Shown here piece after piece: positions 31,118-42,386 of a stretch of 64,000 bases of DNA (the stretch's first letter is position 1; the number at the start of each line of letters is the position of its first letter). The notes beneath the pieces were generated by a model that ran no database searches, had not been told where the DNA came from, and worked only from the letters and a program-made list of their open reading frames with translations. Both the position numbers and the translations under genes were made by a program. The stretch covers positions 62,001-126,000 of IMG/VR virus record IMGVR_UViG_3300022868_000009, one strand, 5' to 3'.

Positions 31118-32694
31118 TGATATTAACCAAATCAGTCAAAGTTAAAGTGCATTCATCTATGGTAAAATACTATCAGAGTAAAGGATATGAATGCAAATAT
31201 AAAGATATAATTGATATTAAAGTAAAAGATCTAAAACAAAAAAGTACAGTAATTGTCGAAGTTGAATGTGATATATGTGGTGAAAAGAAAAATATACCAT
31301 TGTTTAGATATAACAACAATTTTAATAATAAAAATATGTATGTTTGTTCAGCTTCTTGCGCACAAACAAAAATAAAATTAACTAAATTAGAAAATCATGG
31401 AGATGAAAATTTTTCAAATATTAAAAAACGAAAAGAAACATGCAAAGAAAGATACAACAACGAAAATTATAAGAATATTGAAAAAAAGAAAGAGACAAAT
31501 ATAGAAAGATATGGAGTTGAACACGTGATAATGAATGAAAATATAAAAAATAAAAGACTAGAAACATATAAAAAATTATATGGTGAAGAGCACCCAATGA
31601 AAAATAATGATATAATTCTAAAGAAAAAACAAACATCTAAAAATAAACATGGTGATAAAAATTATAACAACATACAAAAAACACTCAAAACAATTAAAAA
31701 TAAACAACTTCAAAATATTGAAAAATATAATATTAAAGCTATCAATTATCAAGATTTTCTTTTTGAAGTTGAATGTGATAAAGGACACAATTATAAAATA
31801 TCATTCGATTTATTATACAAAAGACATAAATATAATGTAGAAAAATGTACAATATGTAATCCTATTGGAATCAAATATTCAAATAGTGAGTATAATTTAT
31901 TACAATTCATTAAAGAAAATTATAATGGTGAAATAATAAAAAATTCAAGAAAAATAATAAAACCGTATGAATTAGACATATTTTTACCAAATTTAAATTT
32001 AGCATTTGAATATAATGGATTATGGTGGCACAATGAATTATATAAAGATAAAAATTATCACAAAACTAAAAGTGATTTATGTGATAAAAATAATATACAA
32101 TTAATACATATATGGGAAGATAACTGGATTTATAAACAAGATATAGTTAAATCTATGATATTAAATAAATTAGGTAAAACACTAAATAAAATATATGCAA
32201 GAAAATGTGAAATTAGAGAAATTAAAAATAATGATTTAATAAAACAATTTTTAAACAATAATCATATACAAGGTTTTGTTGGTTCGAGTGTAAAATTGGG
32301 TTTATATTACAATAATGAATTAACTTCTTTAATGACTTTTAAAAAAGATAATAATAATTTTGAATTAAACAGATTTTGTAATAAGTTAAATACTAATGTT
32401 ATTGGTGGTGCATCTAAATTATTTAAATACTTTACTAAAAATTATAACTTTTATGAAATAAAAACATTTGCAGATAGAACTTATTCAAATGGAAACTTAT
32501 ATTTTAAGATGAATTTTAAAATAGGTAAATTTATAAAACCAGATTATTATTATATTGTTAATGGTATTAGAAAACATAAATTTAATTTTAGAAAACAAAA
32601 AGATAACATAAAAACAGAACATGAAATTATGTTAGAAAAAAATATTTATAGAATATATGACGCAGGTAAATATAGATTTACCTACTCATTATAA
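31117..32694 (+). CDS. Free-standing putative homing endonuclease
   Basis: CDIC zinc motif, ERYGVE repeats, ELDIFLP..NLAFEYNGLWWH, IHIWED, conserved RIYDAG end. Confidence 0.8.
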   Translation: MILTKSVKVKVHSSMVKYYQSKGYECKYKDIIDIKVKDLKQKSTVIVEVECDICGEKKNIPLFRYNNNFNNKNMYVCSASCAQTKIKLTKLENHGDENFSNIKKRKETCKERYNNENYKNIEKKKETNIERYGVEHVIMNENIKNKRLETYKKLYGEEHPMKNNDIILKKKQTSKNKHGDKNYNNIQKTLKTIKNKQLQNIEKYNIKAINYQDFLFEVECDKGHNYKISFDLLYKRHKYNVEKCTICNPIGIKYSNSEYNLLQFIKENYNGEIIKNSRKIIKPYELDIFLPNLNLAFEYNGLWWHNELYKDKNYHKTKSDLCDKNNIQLIHIWEDNWIYKQDIVKSMILNKLGKTLNKIYARKCEIREIKNNDLIKQFLNNNHIQGFVGSSVKLGLYYNNELTSLMTFKKDNNNFELNRFCNKLNTNVIGGASKLFKYFTKNYNFYEIKTFADRTYSNGNLYFKMNFKIGKFIKPDYYYIVNGIRKHKFNFRKQKDNIKTEHEIMLEKNIYRIYDAGKYRFTYSL

Positions 32695-33478
32695 ACCAAC
32701 TAACTTGAGATTCACCTTTAATTTTCTCTTCAACCTTCGTTACCAATTCTTTCCCTTCAGAAATCATGTCGGCTGCGTTATATTGAAAATTACCTGGCAT
32801 TGGCATATTAAATCTACCAACTACTTCACCCTGTCTAACTTTTGACAAACCTATAACATAATCTTTAAACATATAAAGATCAAATAATTCTTCTTGTTGG
32901 ACTCTCAAATAAACTTCTAACATTAAATCAACTGGATATCCACCTTCATCAACATTCGTAAGAATCTTAAGTTGTTTATTAAAATGATTAAATGAGAACA
33001 TTAACGTAGGTTTATTCATTTTATTAAGTTCATCAGAAAAAGCTGAAATAACAGAACGATAAACACCTAAATCACCAACAGTTGTAACAAAAGATGTTAA
33101 AAATGGTTGGTTAGTCACACCAAGATTAATTGAAAGATGTGGTGCTTGAATTCCTAATCTAAATAAACTTGGATCATCTATTTTAACTATTCTAGTTATA
33201 TTTTCTACTTCTTCAGGTAAAATAAAATATTTATGTGCAGTGTAACAATCATGTGATAAACACTCATGAGGTAACCAGTAATAAGATTTTTGAACTGCAA
33301 ATTGATAATTTTTATAAAACCATTCTAATGCATGTTCTTTAATTATTCTTTTTATTTCTCTATCTGGTAAAATTTTAGGAAATAATCCAGAAATAGTTAA
33401 TTCTTGATTAACAATATCAACTAATTGCTCTAATGTTATTTGGCCATCATAATTTTGTCCACCTGCTGTATTATACAT
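32678..33478 (-). CDS. T4 gp13-like neck (head-tail adaptor) protein
   Basis: C-terminal FKDYVIGLSK...G...MPG..YNAADMISEGKE resembles gp13 pattern. Confidence 0.6.
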   Translation of the reverse strand: MYNTAGGQNYDGQITLEQLVDIVNQELTISGLFPKILPDREIKRIIKEHALEWFYKNYQFAVQKSYYWLPHECLSHDCYTAHKYFILPEEVENITRIVKIDDPSLFRLGIQAPHLSINLGVTNQPFLTSFVTTVGDLGVYRSVISAFSDELNKMNKPTLMFSFNHFNKQLKILTNVDEGGYPVDLMLEVYLRVQQEELFDLYMFKDYVIGLSKVRQGEVVGRFNMPMPGNFQYNAADMISEGKELVTKVEEKIKGESQVSWFIMSR

Positions 33479-33579
33479 ATTTACATATTTATTTTCTATT
33501 ATTATATATTAAAAAAAATTTTTCTTAATTCTGGTGTTTTTAAACCTAACCTTTTAATATATAAAGATAAATTAAATAT

Positions 33580-35226
33580 ATGTTATTAACAAAGAATATT
33601 AAAATTAAAATAAATAATAGGTATATAAAATATTATCAAAATCTTGGATATCAGGTAAAAGGCGGTCAAGAATGTGAAATAAAAATAGAAGATTTATCAA
33701 AAAAAAGCCACGCTTTTGTTGATGTTAAATGTGATATATGTCAAGAAGAAAAAACAATTAAATATTATAATTATACTGAAAATATACTAAATCAGGGTTT
33801 TTACACTTGTAAAAAATGTAAACATCATAAGACAAAAATCACAAATCTAGAGAAATATGGTGTAGAATGTACATTACAATCTGATGATGTTTTAGAAAAG
33901 ATAAAAAATAAAAACATAGAAAAATTTGGCACAGACCATTATTCAAAAACAAATGAATTTAAAGAAAAAATAAAAGAGACAAATCTAGAAAAATATGGTG
34001 TTGAAAGTAATATGCAATCAATCGAATTTAAGGAAAAATCTATATTATTTAATCTGAAAAGTTACGGTGTTGATCATTATTCAAAGACTAATGAATTTAA
34101 AGAAAAAGTAAAAAAAACAAATTTAGAAAAATATGGTGTTGATCATTATTCAAAAACTGATGAATTCAAGGAGAAGTTGTCTAAAAACCATTTTTTAAAA
34201 CTTAAAAAAGAAAACAACAATCTTAAAGAGATAAATGGTGATGAATATGTGATATATTGTGATAAATGTGATAAAGATTATACTATTCATAAATGGTTAT
34301 ATAAAAATAGAAAAAAGAAATATAAAACTAATACTTGTTTATATTGTAATCCTATAAATTCTTCTAAATCTGGAATGGAATTAAAATTATTAGAATTTAT
34401 AAAAGATAATTATAATGAAAAAATTGTTTATGGTAATAGAAAAATTATACCACCTAAAGAATTAGATATTTATTTACCAAATTTAAAATTGGCATTTGAG
34501 TTTAATGGTGTATATTGGCACAACGAATTAAACAAACATAACAAATATCATTTAGAAAAAACAGAAAAATGTCTAGAAAAAGGAATACAATTAATTCATG
34601 TTTTTGAAGATGATTGGATTTATAAACAAGATATAGTAAAATCTAGAATTTTGAATTTAATTGGAAAATCTAAAAAAATATTTGCTCGAAAATGTGAAAT
34701 TAAATTAGTCAATGATAATAAAGTTATTAGAAATTTTCTAGATGAAAATCATTTACAAGGGTTTGTAGGGAGCAAAATAAAATTGGGTTTGTATTATAAT
34801 GATGAATTAGTAAGTTTAATGACTTTTGGAAATTTGAGAAAACCTTTAAATCAGTCAAAAAAGGATGGGTCATTTGAATTATTAAGATTTTGTAATAAAT
34901 TGAGCATTTATGTTATTGGTGGTGCTTCAAAATTATTTAATTATTTCTTAAAAAACTATGAAATTTGTGAAATAATAAGTTATGCGGATAGAAGTTGGAG
35001 TAATGGAAATTTATATGAAAAACTTGGTTTTGAATTTATACATAAAACACAACCTAACTATTATTATATAATAGGCAATCTTAGAAAACATAGATTTAAT
35101 TTCAGGAAAGATAAATTAATTAAAGAAGGTTTTGATTCAAATAAAACCGAACATGAAATAATGTTAGAAAGGGAAATATATCGAATATATGATAGCGGTA
35201 GTTTAAAATATAGTTATTTAATATAA
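33580..35226 (+). CDS. Free-standing putative homing endonuclease (paralogue of 31117 and 38168)
   Basis: TNLEKYGV repeats; ELDIYLP..KLAFEFNGVYWH; RIYDSG. Confidence 0.8.
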   Translation: MLLTKNIKIKINNRYIKYYQNLGYQVKGGQECEIKIEDLSKKSHAFVDVKCDICQEEKTIKYYNYTENILNQGFYTCKKCKHHKTKITNLEKYGVECTLQSDDVLEKIKNKNIEKFGTDHYSKTNEFKEKIKETNLEKYGVESNMQSIEFKEKSILFNLKSYGVDHYSKTNEFKEKVKKTNLEKYGVDHYSKTDEFKEKLSKNHFLKLKKENNNLKEINGDEYVIYCDKCDKDYTIHKWLYKNRKKKYKTNTCLYCNPINSSKSGMELKLLEFIKDNYNEKIVYGNRKIIPPKELDIYLPNLKLAFEFNGVYWHNELNKHNKYHLEKTEKCLEKGIQLIHVFEDDWIYKQDIVKSRILNLIGKSKKIFARKCEIKLVNDNKVIRNFLDENHLQGFVGSKIKLGLYYNDELVSLMTFGNLRKPLNQSKKDGSFELLRFCNKLSIYVIGGASKLFNYFLKNYEICEIISYADRSWSNGNLYEKLGFEFIHKTQPNYYYIIGNLRKHRFNFRKDKLIKEGFDSNKTEHEIMLEREIYRIYDSGSLKYSYLI

Positions 35227-35820
35227 TCCCATTTTTTTTGCATTGTGAAGGTCTGGATTTTCTTTCCAAAACCATTCCCAATATTTTTCTAAATTATCAT
35301 AAGGTAATTGGTTATTTTCACAAAAAAACTCTTTTAATCCTTTTGGTAATTCAGGTAATTCAGTTAATTGGTTATTATAACAATTTAATACTTCTAACCC
35401 TTTTGGTAATTCAGGTAATTCAGTTAATTTGTTATTACCACAATATAAATATTTTAATCCTTTAGGTAATTCAGGTAATTTAGTTAATTGGTTATTATAA
35501 CAATATAAATATTTTAACCCTTTTGGTAATTTAGGTAATTCAGTTAATTGGTTATTATAACAATATAAATATTCTAACCCTTTTGGTAATTCAGGCAATT
35601 CAGTTAATTGGTTATAACGACAAAATAAATATTTTAATCCTTTTGGTAATTCAGGCAATTCAGTTAATTGGTTATAACAACAAAATAATTTTTCTAATCC
35701 TTCTGGTAATTCAGGTAATTCTGTTAAATTTAATCTAGCTAAATCTAATGTTTTGCCATCATCACTTAAATGGTCTTTAATTAATTGGTTTTCTGAATAT
35801 GTTTTTAAATATCTCATCAT
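35218..35820 (-). CDS. Leucine-rich-repeat protein (IpaH/YopM-type 20-aa LRR)
   Basis: Seven near-identical LTELPELPKGLxxLxCxNNQ units. Confidence 0.85.
   Translation of the reverse strand: MMRYLKTYSENQLIKDHLSDDGKTLDLARLNLTELPELPEGLEKLFCCYNQLTELPELPKGLKYLFCRYNQLTELPELPKGLEYLYCYNNQLTELPKLPKGLKYLYCYNNQLTKLPELPKGLKYLYCGNNKLTELPELPKGLEVLNCYNNQLTELPELPKGLKEFFCENNQLPYDNLEKYWEWFWKENPDLHNAKKMGLY
35311..35730. repeat. Tandem 60-bp repeat (~7 copies) encoding the LRR
   Basis: Consecutive 60-nt lines begin ttttggtaattcaggtaattcagttaatt. Confidence 0.9.
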
Positions 35821-35913
35821 AATTTATTATTTTACTTTTAATCGGTCAAAGATAAAATTATATATATTAAATAATGACTCTTCGTTCTTTACTTGACGAC
35901 CATTCAATAATAT

Positions 35914-36276
35914 TCAATCTTTATTTTTCTCCCAAACATACCTACTTTTCTTAGAATCATTTAAACCACTGAATTGTATTTCATCCCCAATTACTTCTAC
36001 ATCAAAAGTAACTAAATTAGTTTCTTTTTTTCTCTCTACAAATTTTTGCAATTCTTCATATTCAATCCCACTTTCTTCTAAGAATTTATCTATTTTTGTT
36101 TTTATTCTTGTAACTTTTGGGTCATCTTTATAATTTCTTAACCAAGTCATCATTTTATCTATTAAACCACCAAATTCACCAGAACCTTTTCTATATTCTC
36201 CAAATCTTTGAATTTCAGGTTCTTTTTCATCCAACATTTCTTCTGTTAAAAAATTTTTAAATTTTTTTAATTCCAT
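35914..36276 (-). CDS. Hypothetical protein
   Basis: ORF with tag-like start MELKKFKNFLTEE. Confidence 0.6.
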   Translation of the reverse strand: MELKKFKNFLTEEMLDEKEPEIQRFGEYRKGSGEFGGLIDKMMTWLRNYKDDPKVTRIKTKIDKFLEESGIEYEELQKFVERKKETNLVTFDVEVIGDEIQFSGLNDSKKSRYVWEKNKD

Positions 36277-37235
36277 TTTGCTTTTGGTAAATGTTTTTTA
36301 GCATAGTTTGACCATACTCTTAATAATTTTTCTCTATCTTTTTCTATGACCATATTTCTATCAACTAAACTATCTAAATTTTCACCAAACACATCATTTA
36401 AAGTTCTTTTAGACCATTTAGCTTTTTTATACATACCTCTAACTAAAGAAGGTATTTCATCTTTTAAAAGATAATATAAATAAAATCTTTCAGGGTCATC
36501 ATATATTTTCTGTCTCAATTCTAAACTCGTACCATGTACTTTACCTTTCAATCTATTAACACCATCTTGTGTTAAATGTTCAGATTCATGTCTAACAACA
36601 TCATGTAATTCAGATATCATATCTTGATATATTTTAGGTTCATCTTCTGGATTTATAATAATAGTAACATGTATTAAACCATCATTATAATAATCATCAA
36701 CATTAACTATTTCTTCATTAATACAATATGCATCAATTATAAAACCTTTACTTTTAAAAAATGTAACATCACTTTCATCAAAATTAACATCACCATTAAC
36801 ATTTCTTTTTATATCTAATAAAACAGAAACCTTTTTCATTGTACCCGTATAATCACCAAGTTTAAATTGATTAAAATCCTCTTCATCTTCACCATCATAA
36901 TCTTCTTTAGATTCTTTAATTTCTGATAATATATCATCAACTAAAATACCAACCATTTTATCATATTTACCTTCATTTAAAAAATTATTAAACCTATATA
37001 ATTTATTTTCATTATTTTTAGAATATAATGTTTTCAAAATATCTCCTAATCTTTCTTTTCCTTCCGCCATATCATCTGCAAAATCACAATCTTGATATTT
37101 ATCATTATAAAAATATTTTAAAATAAAAGGTCTAGCTTTATCCTCATATGGTTCAATAAAACCGTATAATTTTGGATTTTCAGTAACTCTCAATTCCAAT
37201 TTATCTTTACCTATATATCTTTCTTCAATATTCAT
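36267..37235 (-). CDS. Hypothetical protein with HExxH motif
   Basis: VVRHESEHLTQ...KDE. Confidence 0.5.
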   Translation of the reverse strand: MNIEERYIGKDKLELRVTENPKLYGFIEPYEDKARPFILKYFYNDKYQDCDFADDMAEGKERLGDILKTLYSKNNENKLYRFNNFLNEGKYDKMVGILVDDILSEIKESKEDYDGEDEEDFNQFKLGDYTGTMKKVSVLLDIKRNVNGDVNFDESDVTFFKSKGFIIDAYCINEEIVNVDDYYNDGLIHVTIIINPEDEPKIYQDMISELHDVVRHESEHLTQDGVNRLKGKVHGTSLELRQKIYDDPERFYLYYLLKDEIPSLVRGMYKKAKWSKRTLNDVFGENLDSLVDRNMVIEKDREKLLRVWSNYAKKHLPKAKWN

Positions 37236-37236
37236 A

Positions 37237-38139
37237 CTAAAACATTACTCTATCATCGGCTACATCACCAACACTATTCCATTCAATTTCATCAACAACT
37301 CTTTTGTAATCATACTCATTAATAGGAATTTCTATATTAGTATTTGCAAGTTGTATTTTATTTCTATATATATGTAATTGTTGACCGTTTATTTCAATTA
37401 CAATCATATCTTCATTTTTTGGCATCCATGTTCTTAATTTTGAATCCTTTATATTTGTTAAAGTATTAAGTAAATATTCTTCTTTATTATTCTTAAAATG
37501 TTTTTTATCTGAATATTTAAGAAATAATCCAACTAAATATGGAATACCTTCAACCATTAACCAACCACCAACTATTCCAATACCTGAAGCAATTAATCCA
37601 GTACTCATAGGATCAAGAAATTCTTTTACTAAATATTTTTTTTCTACATATTTAGTTAATTCTGGTGCAAAATCTTGAGATTCTTGTTTATAATTCAACC
37701 ATAATTTTACATATTTAGGTATATCTGTTTCCAATTTAGGACCTTTTTTATGCTCATTATCAAATAGAGTAATTATTTTGAATAAATTAGCTTGCCATTC
37801 ACCTTCTTCCTTCTTATATTGATATTCAGTATCAAATGCATCATTTTCAACATAATCCCCATAATGTCCTACTTGAAACTCATTTAAGAAGTAATCAAAT
37901 CTTAATAAACGGTTTTCATTTTTACTACCGTGATGTGATTCCATTTTATTTTTAAATATATTCATAGCTGTTCCATAAATTTTTTCATTTTTATCTTTAC
38001 CTTTATCAGATTTAGGACTTTTTGATGGTGTACCATATTGTTTCTCTGCTAATTTTTTAGCAGATTTCCATTCTCTCTCTGCAATTTCAACTGAAACATT
38101 ATATTTCTTTGCAAATGATTCTACGGCTCCTGTTGGCAT
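37237..38139 (-). CDS. Hypothetical protein, one internal TM segment
   Basis: 300 aa ORF; hydrophobic GLIASGIGIVGGWLMV. Confidence 0.55.
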   Translation of the reverse strand: MPTGAVESFAKKYNVSVEIAEREWKSAKKLAEKQYGTPSKSPKSDKGKDKNEKIYGTAMNIFKNKMESHHGSKNENRLLRFDYFLNEFQVGHYGDYVENDAFDTEYQYKKEEGEWQANLFKIITLFDNEHKKGPKLETDIPKYVKLWLNYKQESQDFAPELTKYVEKKYLVKEFLDPMSTGLIASGIGIVGGWLMVEGIPYLVGLFLKYSDKKHFKNNKEEYLLNTLTNIKDSKLRTWMPKNEDMIVIEINGQQLHIYRNKIQLANTNIEIPINEYDYKRVVDEIEWNSVGDVADDRVMF

Positions 38140-38167
38140 AATTATTCTATTTATTTAATCATATATA

Positions 38168-39979
38168 TTAATTCTTAAAAATGTATTTATAATTACCACT
38201 ATTATATATTCTATAAATACCTCTTTCTATCATTATTTGATGTTCACTTTTATCTAAATCAAAACCTTCTTTAACCAACACGTCTTTTCTATATCCAAAC
38301 CTATATTTTCTCACACCATCTACTACATAATAATAATTTGGTTTAGAAATATGAGATAATTCAAAACCTAAATTTTCATATAATTTGCCATTTGAATGTG
38401 ATCTATCTGCATAACTTATTATTTTTTTAAAAAAATAATTTTTAGTAAAATGTTTAAACAATTTTGAAGCACCACCAATAACATTAGTATTTAACTTATT
38501 ACAAAATCTTATAAGTTCAAATTCACCTTCTACACTAGAAGAATTTTGAGACTTTCTTTTTTTACCAAAAGTCATTAAAGAAACTAACTCATTTTCATAA
38601 TAAAGACCTAGTTTAATACTAGAACCAACAAAACCTTGTAAATGATTATCATCTAGAAATTTTCTTATCAATTTATTATCTTCAATAACTTTAATTTCAC
38701 ATTTTCTTGCATAAATTCTATTTGGTGTTTTACCTATTTTGTTTAATATTATGGATTTAACTATGTCTTGTTTATACAACCAATCATCTTCCCAAATATG
38801 TGTTAGCTGAACACCTTTTTTAAAACAATTATCTGTTTTATTTAAATGATAATTATTATCTTTATTTAATTCGTTATGCCAATACAAACCATTAAATTCA
38901 AAAGCTAATTTCAAATTTGGTAAATAAATATCTAATTCTAATGGTTTAATAACATCTCTATCTGATGTTTCAATGACACCAGTATAATTTTCTTCAATAA
39001 AACTTAATAATTGTATTTCTAATCCTGATGTGTGTTGATTAATTGGGTTGCAAATAGTACACAATTCAGTTTTACATTTAACTCTATTTGAAAACAAGGA
39101 TGAATTAATAATATAATCATGTCCTTTATCACATAATATTGTATATTCTTTATTATCAAAATCAATATTCAAAAAATTTAAATAACTATAATTACTTAAA
39201 AGATATTTTTTAGTTCTTTTTCTATTATTCTCTTTAATATTTTTTATAACTTTTTCTGTTTGAAAATAATTTTCAACACCATATCTTTCTAAGATTGTAG
39301 TTTTTCTTTTTTCTTTTAATTCATTAGAATATGATGGATTTTCAACACCATAATTTTCCATTAATGATTTTATTGATTTCTCTCTAATTTCTTCTGATTG
39401 TTGAGGATACTCTACACCATACTTTTCTAAATTTGTTTTTTTAATTTTATCTTTTATTTCTTCTGATTCAAACGGATTTTCAACACCATATTTTTCTAGA
39501 TTTGTTTTGGATATTTTATCACGTATCTCTTTATTAGATAGAGAAAATTCAACACCATACTTTTCTAGATTTGTTTGTTTTTGCTTTCTTTTTACACACT
39601 CATTTTGAGTAAAATGTTCGACACCATATTTTTCCAAACTTGTTTTTTTAACTCTATCAACATATTCCTCAGTCTGTGTATAATATTCACTGCCATATTT
39701 TTCAAATGTTGTCTTTTTAACTTTTTCTTGAGCACACTTAGAACTACAAGCATAAAACCCACCATTATTAATATTTTTAACATATTTTTGATACATTAAA
39801 TCCTTTTCATTATTACAAAAATCACATTTTACTTTTATTTTTACATGACTACCATCAGATAAATATTTAGGATGTATATTTAAAATATCTCCCAATTGTA
39901 CATCTTTCGAATATTCTTCTTTTAGTTTACTTAAATTTCTTTTTGTTACTTTAATTAATGTTTTTTCTGTTAAAATCAT
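38168..39979 (-). CDS. Free-standing putative homing endonuclease
   Basis: Many TNLEKYGVE repeats; ELDIYLP..KLAFEFNGLYWH; RIYNSG. Confidence 0.8.
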   Translation of the reverse strand: MILTEKTLIKVTKRNLSKLKEEYSKDVQLGDILNIHPKYLSDGSHVKIKVKCDFCNNEKDLMYQKYVKNINNGGFYACSSKCAQEKVKKTTFEKYGSEYYTQTEEYVDRVKKTSLEKYGVEHFTQNECVKRKQKQTNLEKYGVEFSLSNKEIRDKISKTNLEKYGVENPFESEEIKDKIKKTNLEKYGVEYPQQSEEIREKSIKSLMENYGVENPSYSNELKEKRKTTILERYGVENYFQTEKVIKNIKENNRKRTKKYLLSNYSYLNFLNIDFDNKEYTILCDKGHDYIINSSLFSNRVKCKTELCTICNPINQHTSGLEIQLLSFIEENYTGVIETSDRDVIKPLELDIYLPNLKLAFEFNGLYWHNELNKDNNYHLNKTDNCFKKGVQLTHIWEDDWLYKQDIVKSIILNKIGKTPNRIYARKCEIKVIEDNKLIRKFLDDNHLQGFVGSSIKLGLYYENELVSLMTFGKKRKSQNSSSVEGEFELIRFCNKLNTNVIGGASKLFKHFTKNYFFKKIISYADRSHSNGKLYENLGFELSHISKPNYYYVVDGVRKYRFGYRKDVLVKEGFDLDKSEHQIMIERGIYRIYNSGNYKYIFKN

Positions 39980-40073
39980 AGTTTGAACCTTATTTTTTGT
40001 TCGGCTACATAAACCTTTTCCTTATATATATTAAAATACATAATTGGTTTTTTAATATTAATATATAATTCAT

Positions 40074-41525
40074 ATGAAGAAATTTAGTGAAAAATACATT
40101 AATGATTGGAACATACTACAAAATGCAATTATTGGTTTTGAATTTGAATTTTATGCTGATAAATCATACTATAAATTATTAGAACATTTAAATAATGTTT
40201 TAAAACCAGTTAAAGTTAGTGGATTTAAAAGATACCATAGTTCTTTTACACCGACAGACAAACATTGGAAAATAGAACCGGATCTATCCCTAGGATATGA
40301 GGGATGTGAGATCATCACCGGACCATTACCATATGTGAATTCAAAAATATATCTATTAAAAATATTAAAAACAATAGAAACATACGGTAAAACAGATGAA
40401 AAATGCTCTATTCACATTAATATATCATTTGATAAAGATAAAACAGACAAAACAATAGAACATCTTAATCCGTTAAAACTCATATTAGAAATTGATGAAG
40501 ATTTTATTTATAAATGTTTTCCAGATAGAAAAAACAATTTTTATGCTAAATCAATAAAAAAATTAATACCTTTTAAAAATTATCATTTTGCAGACAGAGC
40601 AACAGAATTATTACAAAATAGTTTAGAATTACCAAATACTAAATATTACGGTGTAAACATTCAAAATGTTCAAGAAGGAAGACTAGAATTTAGATATATT
40701 GGTGGTCAAGATTATGAAAAGAAAACAGATGAAATATTACAATTAATGGATTATTTTATATTATTATCTTGGAAATGTACAAAAGCTGAATTAGAAGAAG
40801 AAGATAGAAATGCTCTAAAAAATTATCTATCAAAAAATATTAATCAATTTAAAAATTATTCTAAATATGAAAATTTTATAGCTGAATTTCCTTCAATTAC
40901 ATTACAAGTTGATAAAGATTCCGATTTTAATATGGTAAAAACACATTATGATAAAATCTATAACGAACTATATGATATAATCACAAATATTTATAATTTA
41001 AATGATTGTATTATTAATTATGATACAGAAGAACATAAAATTGAATTAGTTGAAGCTTCAGTAAAATCTATTTTTGATATTAAAAATATCAATATAATTA
41101 ATTGTGTTATTGATGGTGGTTCTTTCAATAATGTACATTTTGTAAATTGTGATATAAAGAATGCACATATTCATAATTCAACATTAACTCAAACTAATGC
41201 ATTTAATACTAAAATAGAAACATCAAGAATTGATTATATGAGTGAAGTTAAAAACTGTTACTTATTTAACTCATTCTTAGATGGTCATATGGATGGTGGT
41301 ATTTTTAGATCAGGTAAAATTGGAGAATATGGAAACATGGAAAAAAATGTTAAAATTATTACTGATATTAACAACTACTTTGGTGTGCAAAGAAATGATA
41401 TTAATTTTAAAGATAAAATGAGAATGGTGGGTTATGTAGGTAAAAAACACCAAGATAAGAAAAAATTCTTCAATAACAACCAATTTCCACACAATAATAA
41501 AGAAAGACATACTGATATGTTTTGA
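40074..41525 (+). CDS. Putative amidoligase-family enzyme
   Basis: IGFEFEF, IEPDLS, CEIITGP, CSIHINIS, KYYGVN, RLEFRYIGG. Confidence 0.7.
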   Translation: MKKFSEKYINDWNILQNAIIGFEFEFYADKSYYKLLEHLNNVLKPVKVSGFKRYHSSFTPTDKHWKIEPDLSLGYEGCEIITGPLPYVNSKIYLLKILKTIETYGKTDEKCSIHINISFDKDKTDKTIEHLNPLKLILEIDEDFIYKCFPDRKNNFYAKSIKKLIPFKNYHFADRATELLQNSLELPNTKYYGVNIQNVQEGRLEFRYIGGQDYEKKTDEILQLMDYFILLSWKCTKAELEEEDRNALKNYLSKNINQFKNYSKYENFIAEFPSITLQVDKDSDFNMVKTHYDKIYNELYDIITNIYNLNDCIINYDTEEHKIELVEASVKSIFDIKNINIINCVIDGGSFNNVHFVNCDIKNAHIHNSTLTQTNAFNTKIETSRIDYMSEVKNCYLFNSFLDGHMDGGIFRSGKIGEYGNMEKNVKIITDINNYFGVQRNDINFKDKMRMVGYVGKKHQDKKKFFNNNQFPHNNKERHTDMF

Positions 41526-41539
41526 AAAACATTATAATT

Positions 41540-41923
41540 ATGAAACATTTGAAAACATTTGAAGGGTTTTTTTCTGAGACTAAAAATAAGTTTAAAGAAC
41601 AATTGCAAGATTATAAAACATTATATACAAGTTTCTTTGAAAAGAAACATATGGAATTAACTAGACAACTTTATATAAAAACAAACCAATTACTTATTAA
41701 CAAACCATATTCTATTAATATGAAAATAGACAATAAAGATTATGTGTTACATGTTCATTTAGGTGATGTTTATATATCTACCGGAGATGAAATTAAACGG
41801 GAAGATAATCTTGAAATTCGAATGCCTAGTATAAAGAATAATAAACTATTAAAGAAAGTATTAAATTATCTAGATAATCTTAACCAAGATTTTATTGAAG
41901 GAAAGAAATTAGGCTTATTATAA
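41540..41923 (+). CDS. Hypothetical protein with MKHLKTFE start and KKLGLL end
   Basis: ORF; shared terminal motifs. Confidence 0.6.
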   Translation: MKHLKTFEGFFSETKNKFKEQLQDYKTLYTSFFEKKHMELTRQLYIKTNQLLINKPYSINMKIDNKDYVLHVHLGDVYISTGDEIKREDNLEIRMPSIKNNKLLKKVLNYLDNLNQDFIEGKKLGLL

Positions 41924-41937
41924 AATAAATATAAACT

Positions 41938-42321
41938 ATGAAACATTTAAAAACATATGAAAATTTCTTTGATTCTGAAAAAAGATTCATTTATTTCGAC
42001 ACACTTGATAGAGAATCAGATCAAGAAGTAATTAATCGTTTACAAGATTTAAATTATACAGTATTTTTTGATGCTAAAGAAGGTTCCGATCTAATGCTAC
42101 CAGAAGGATATAAAGTAACTTTATGTTTTAATGGTTATGAACATGGAGATGGAACACCAATTACTGGTAAAGCTTATTGGGTAGATGAAAATGACGAAGA
42201 ATTCAAAGAAAAAGAGTGTGTGGTAGTAAAATATGATCCAGAAGAAACTTGGGATCAATTAGAAACAATTATAAACAATATCAAACAATTACACACAAAT
42301 AAAGCATTATTATCAAATTAA
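41938..42321 (+). CDS. Hypothetical protein with MKHLKTYE start
   Basis: ORF. Confidence 0.6.
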   Translation: MKHLKTYENFFDSEKRFIYFDTLDRESDQEVINRLQDLNYTVFFDAKEGSDLMLPEGYKVTLCFNGYEHGDGTPITGKAYWVDENDEEFKEKECVVVKYDPEETWDQLETIINNIKQLHTNKALLSN

Positions 42322-42350
42322 AAAAGATCAGGTAGCGAATCTGATCTTTT
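42320..42350. terminator. Bidirectional intrinsic terminator
   Basis: AAAAAGATCAG-loop-CTGATCTTTT between convergent genes. Confidence 0.8.
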
Positions 42351-42386
42351 AAATGGTCGAAACCATAACAGTCCTAAAACCGTATA

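Noticed and set aside
35311-35730. CRISPR array
   Set aside because: The 60-bp units are in-frame coding LRR repeats without unique spacers.
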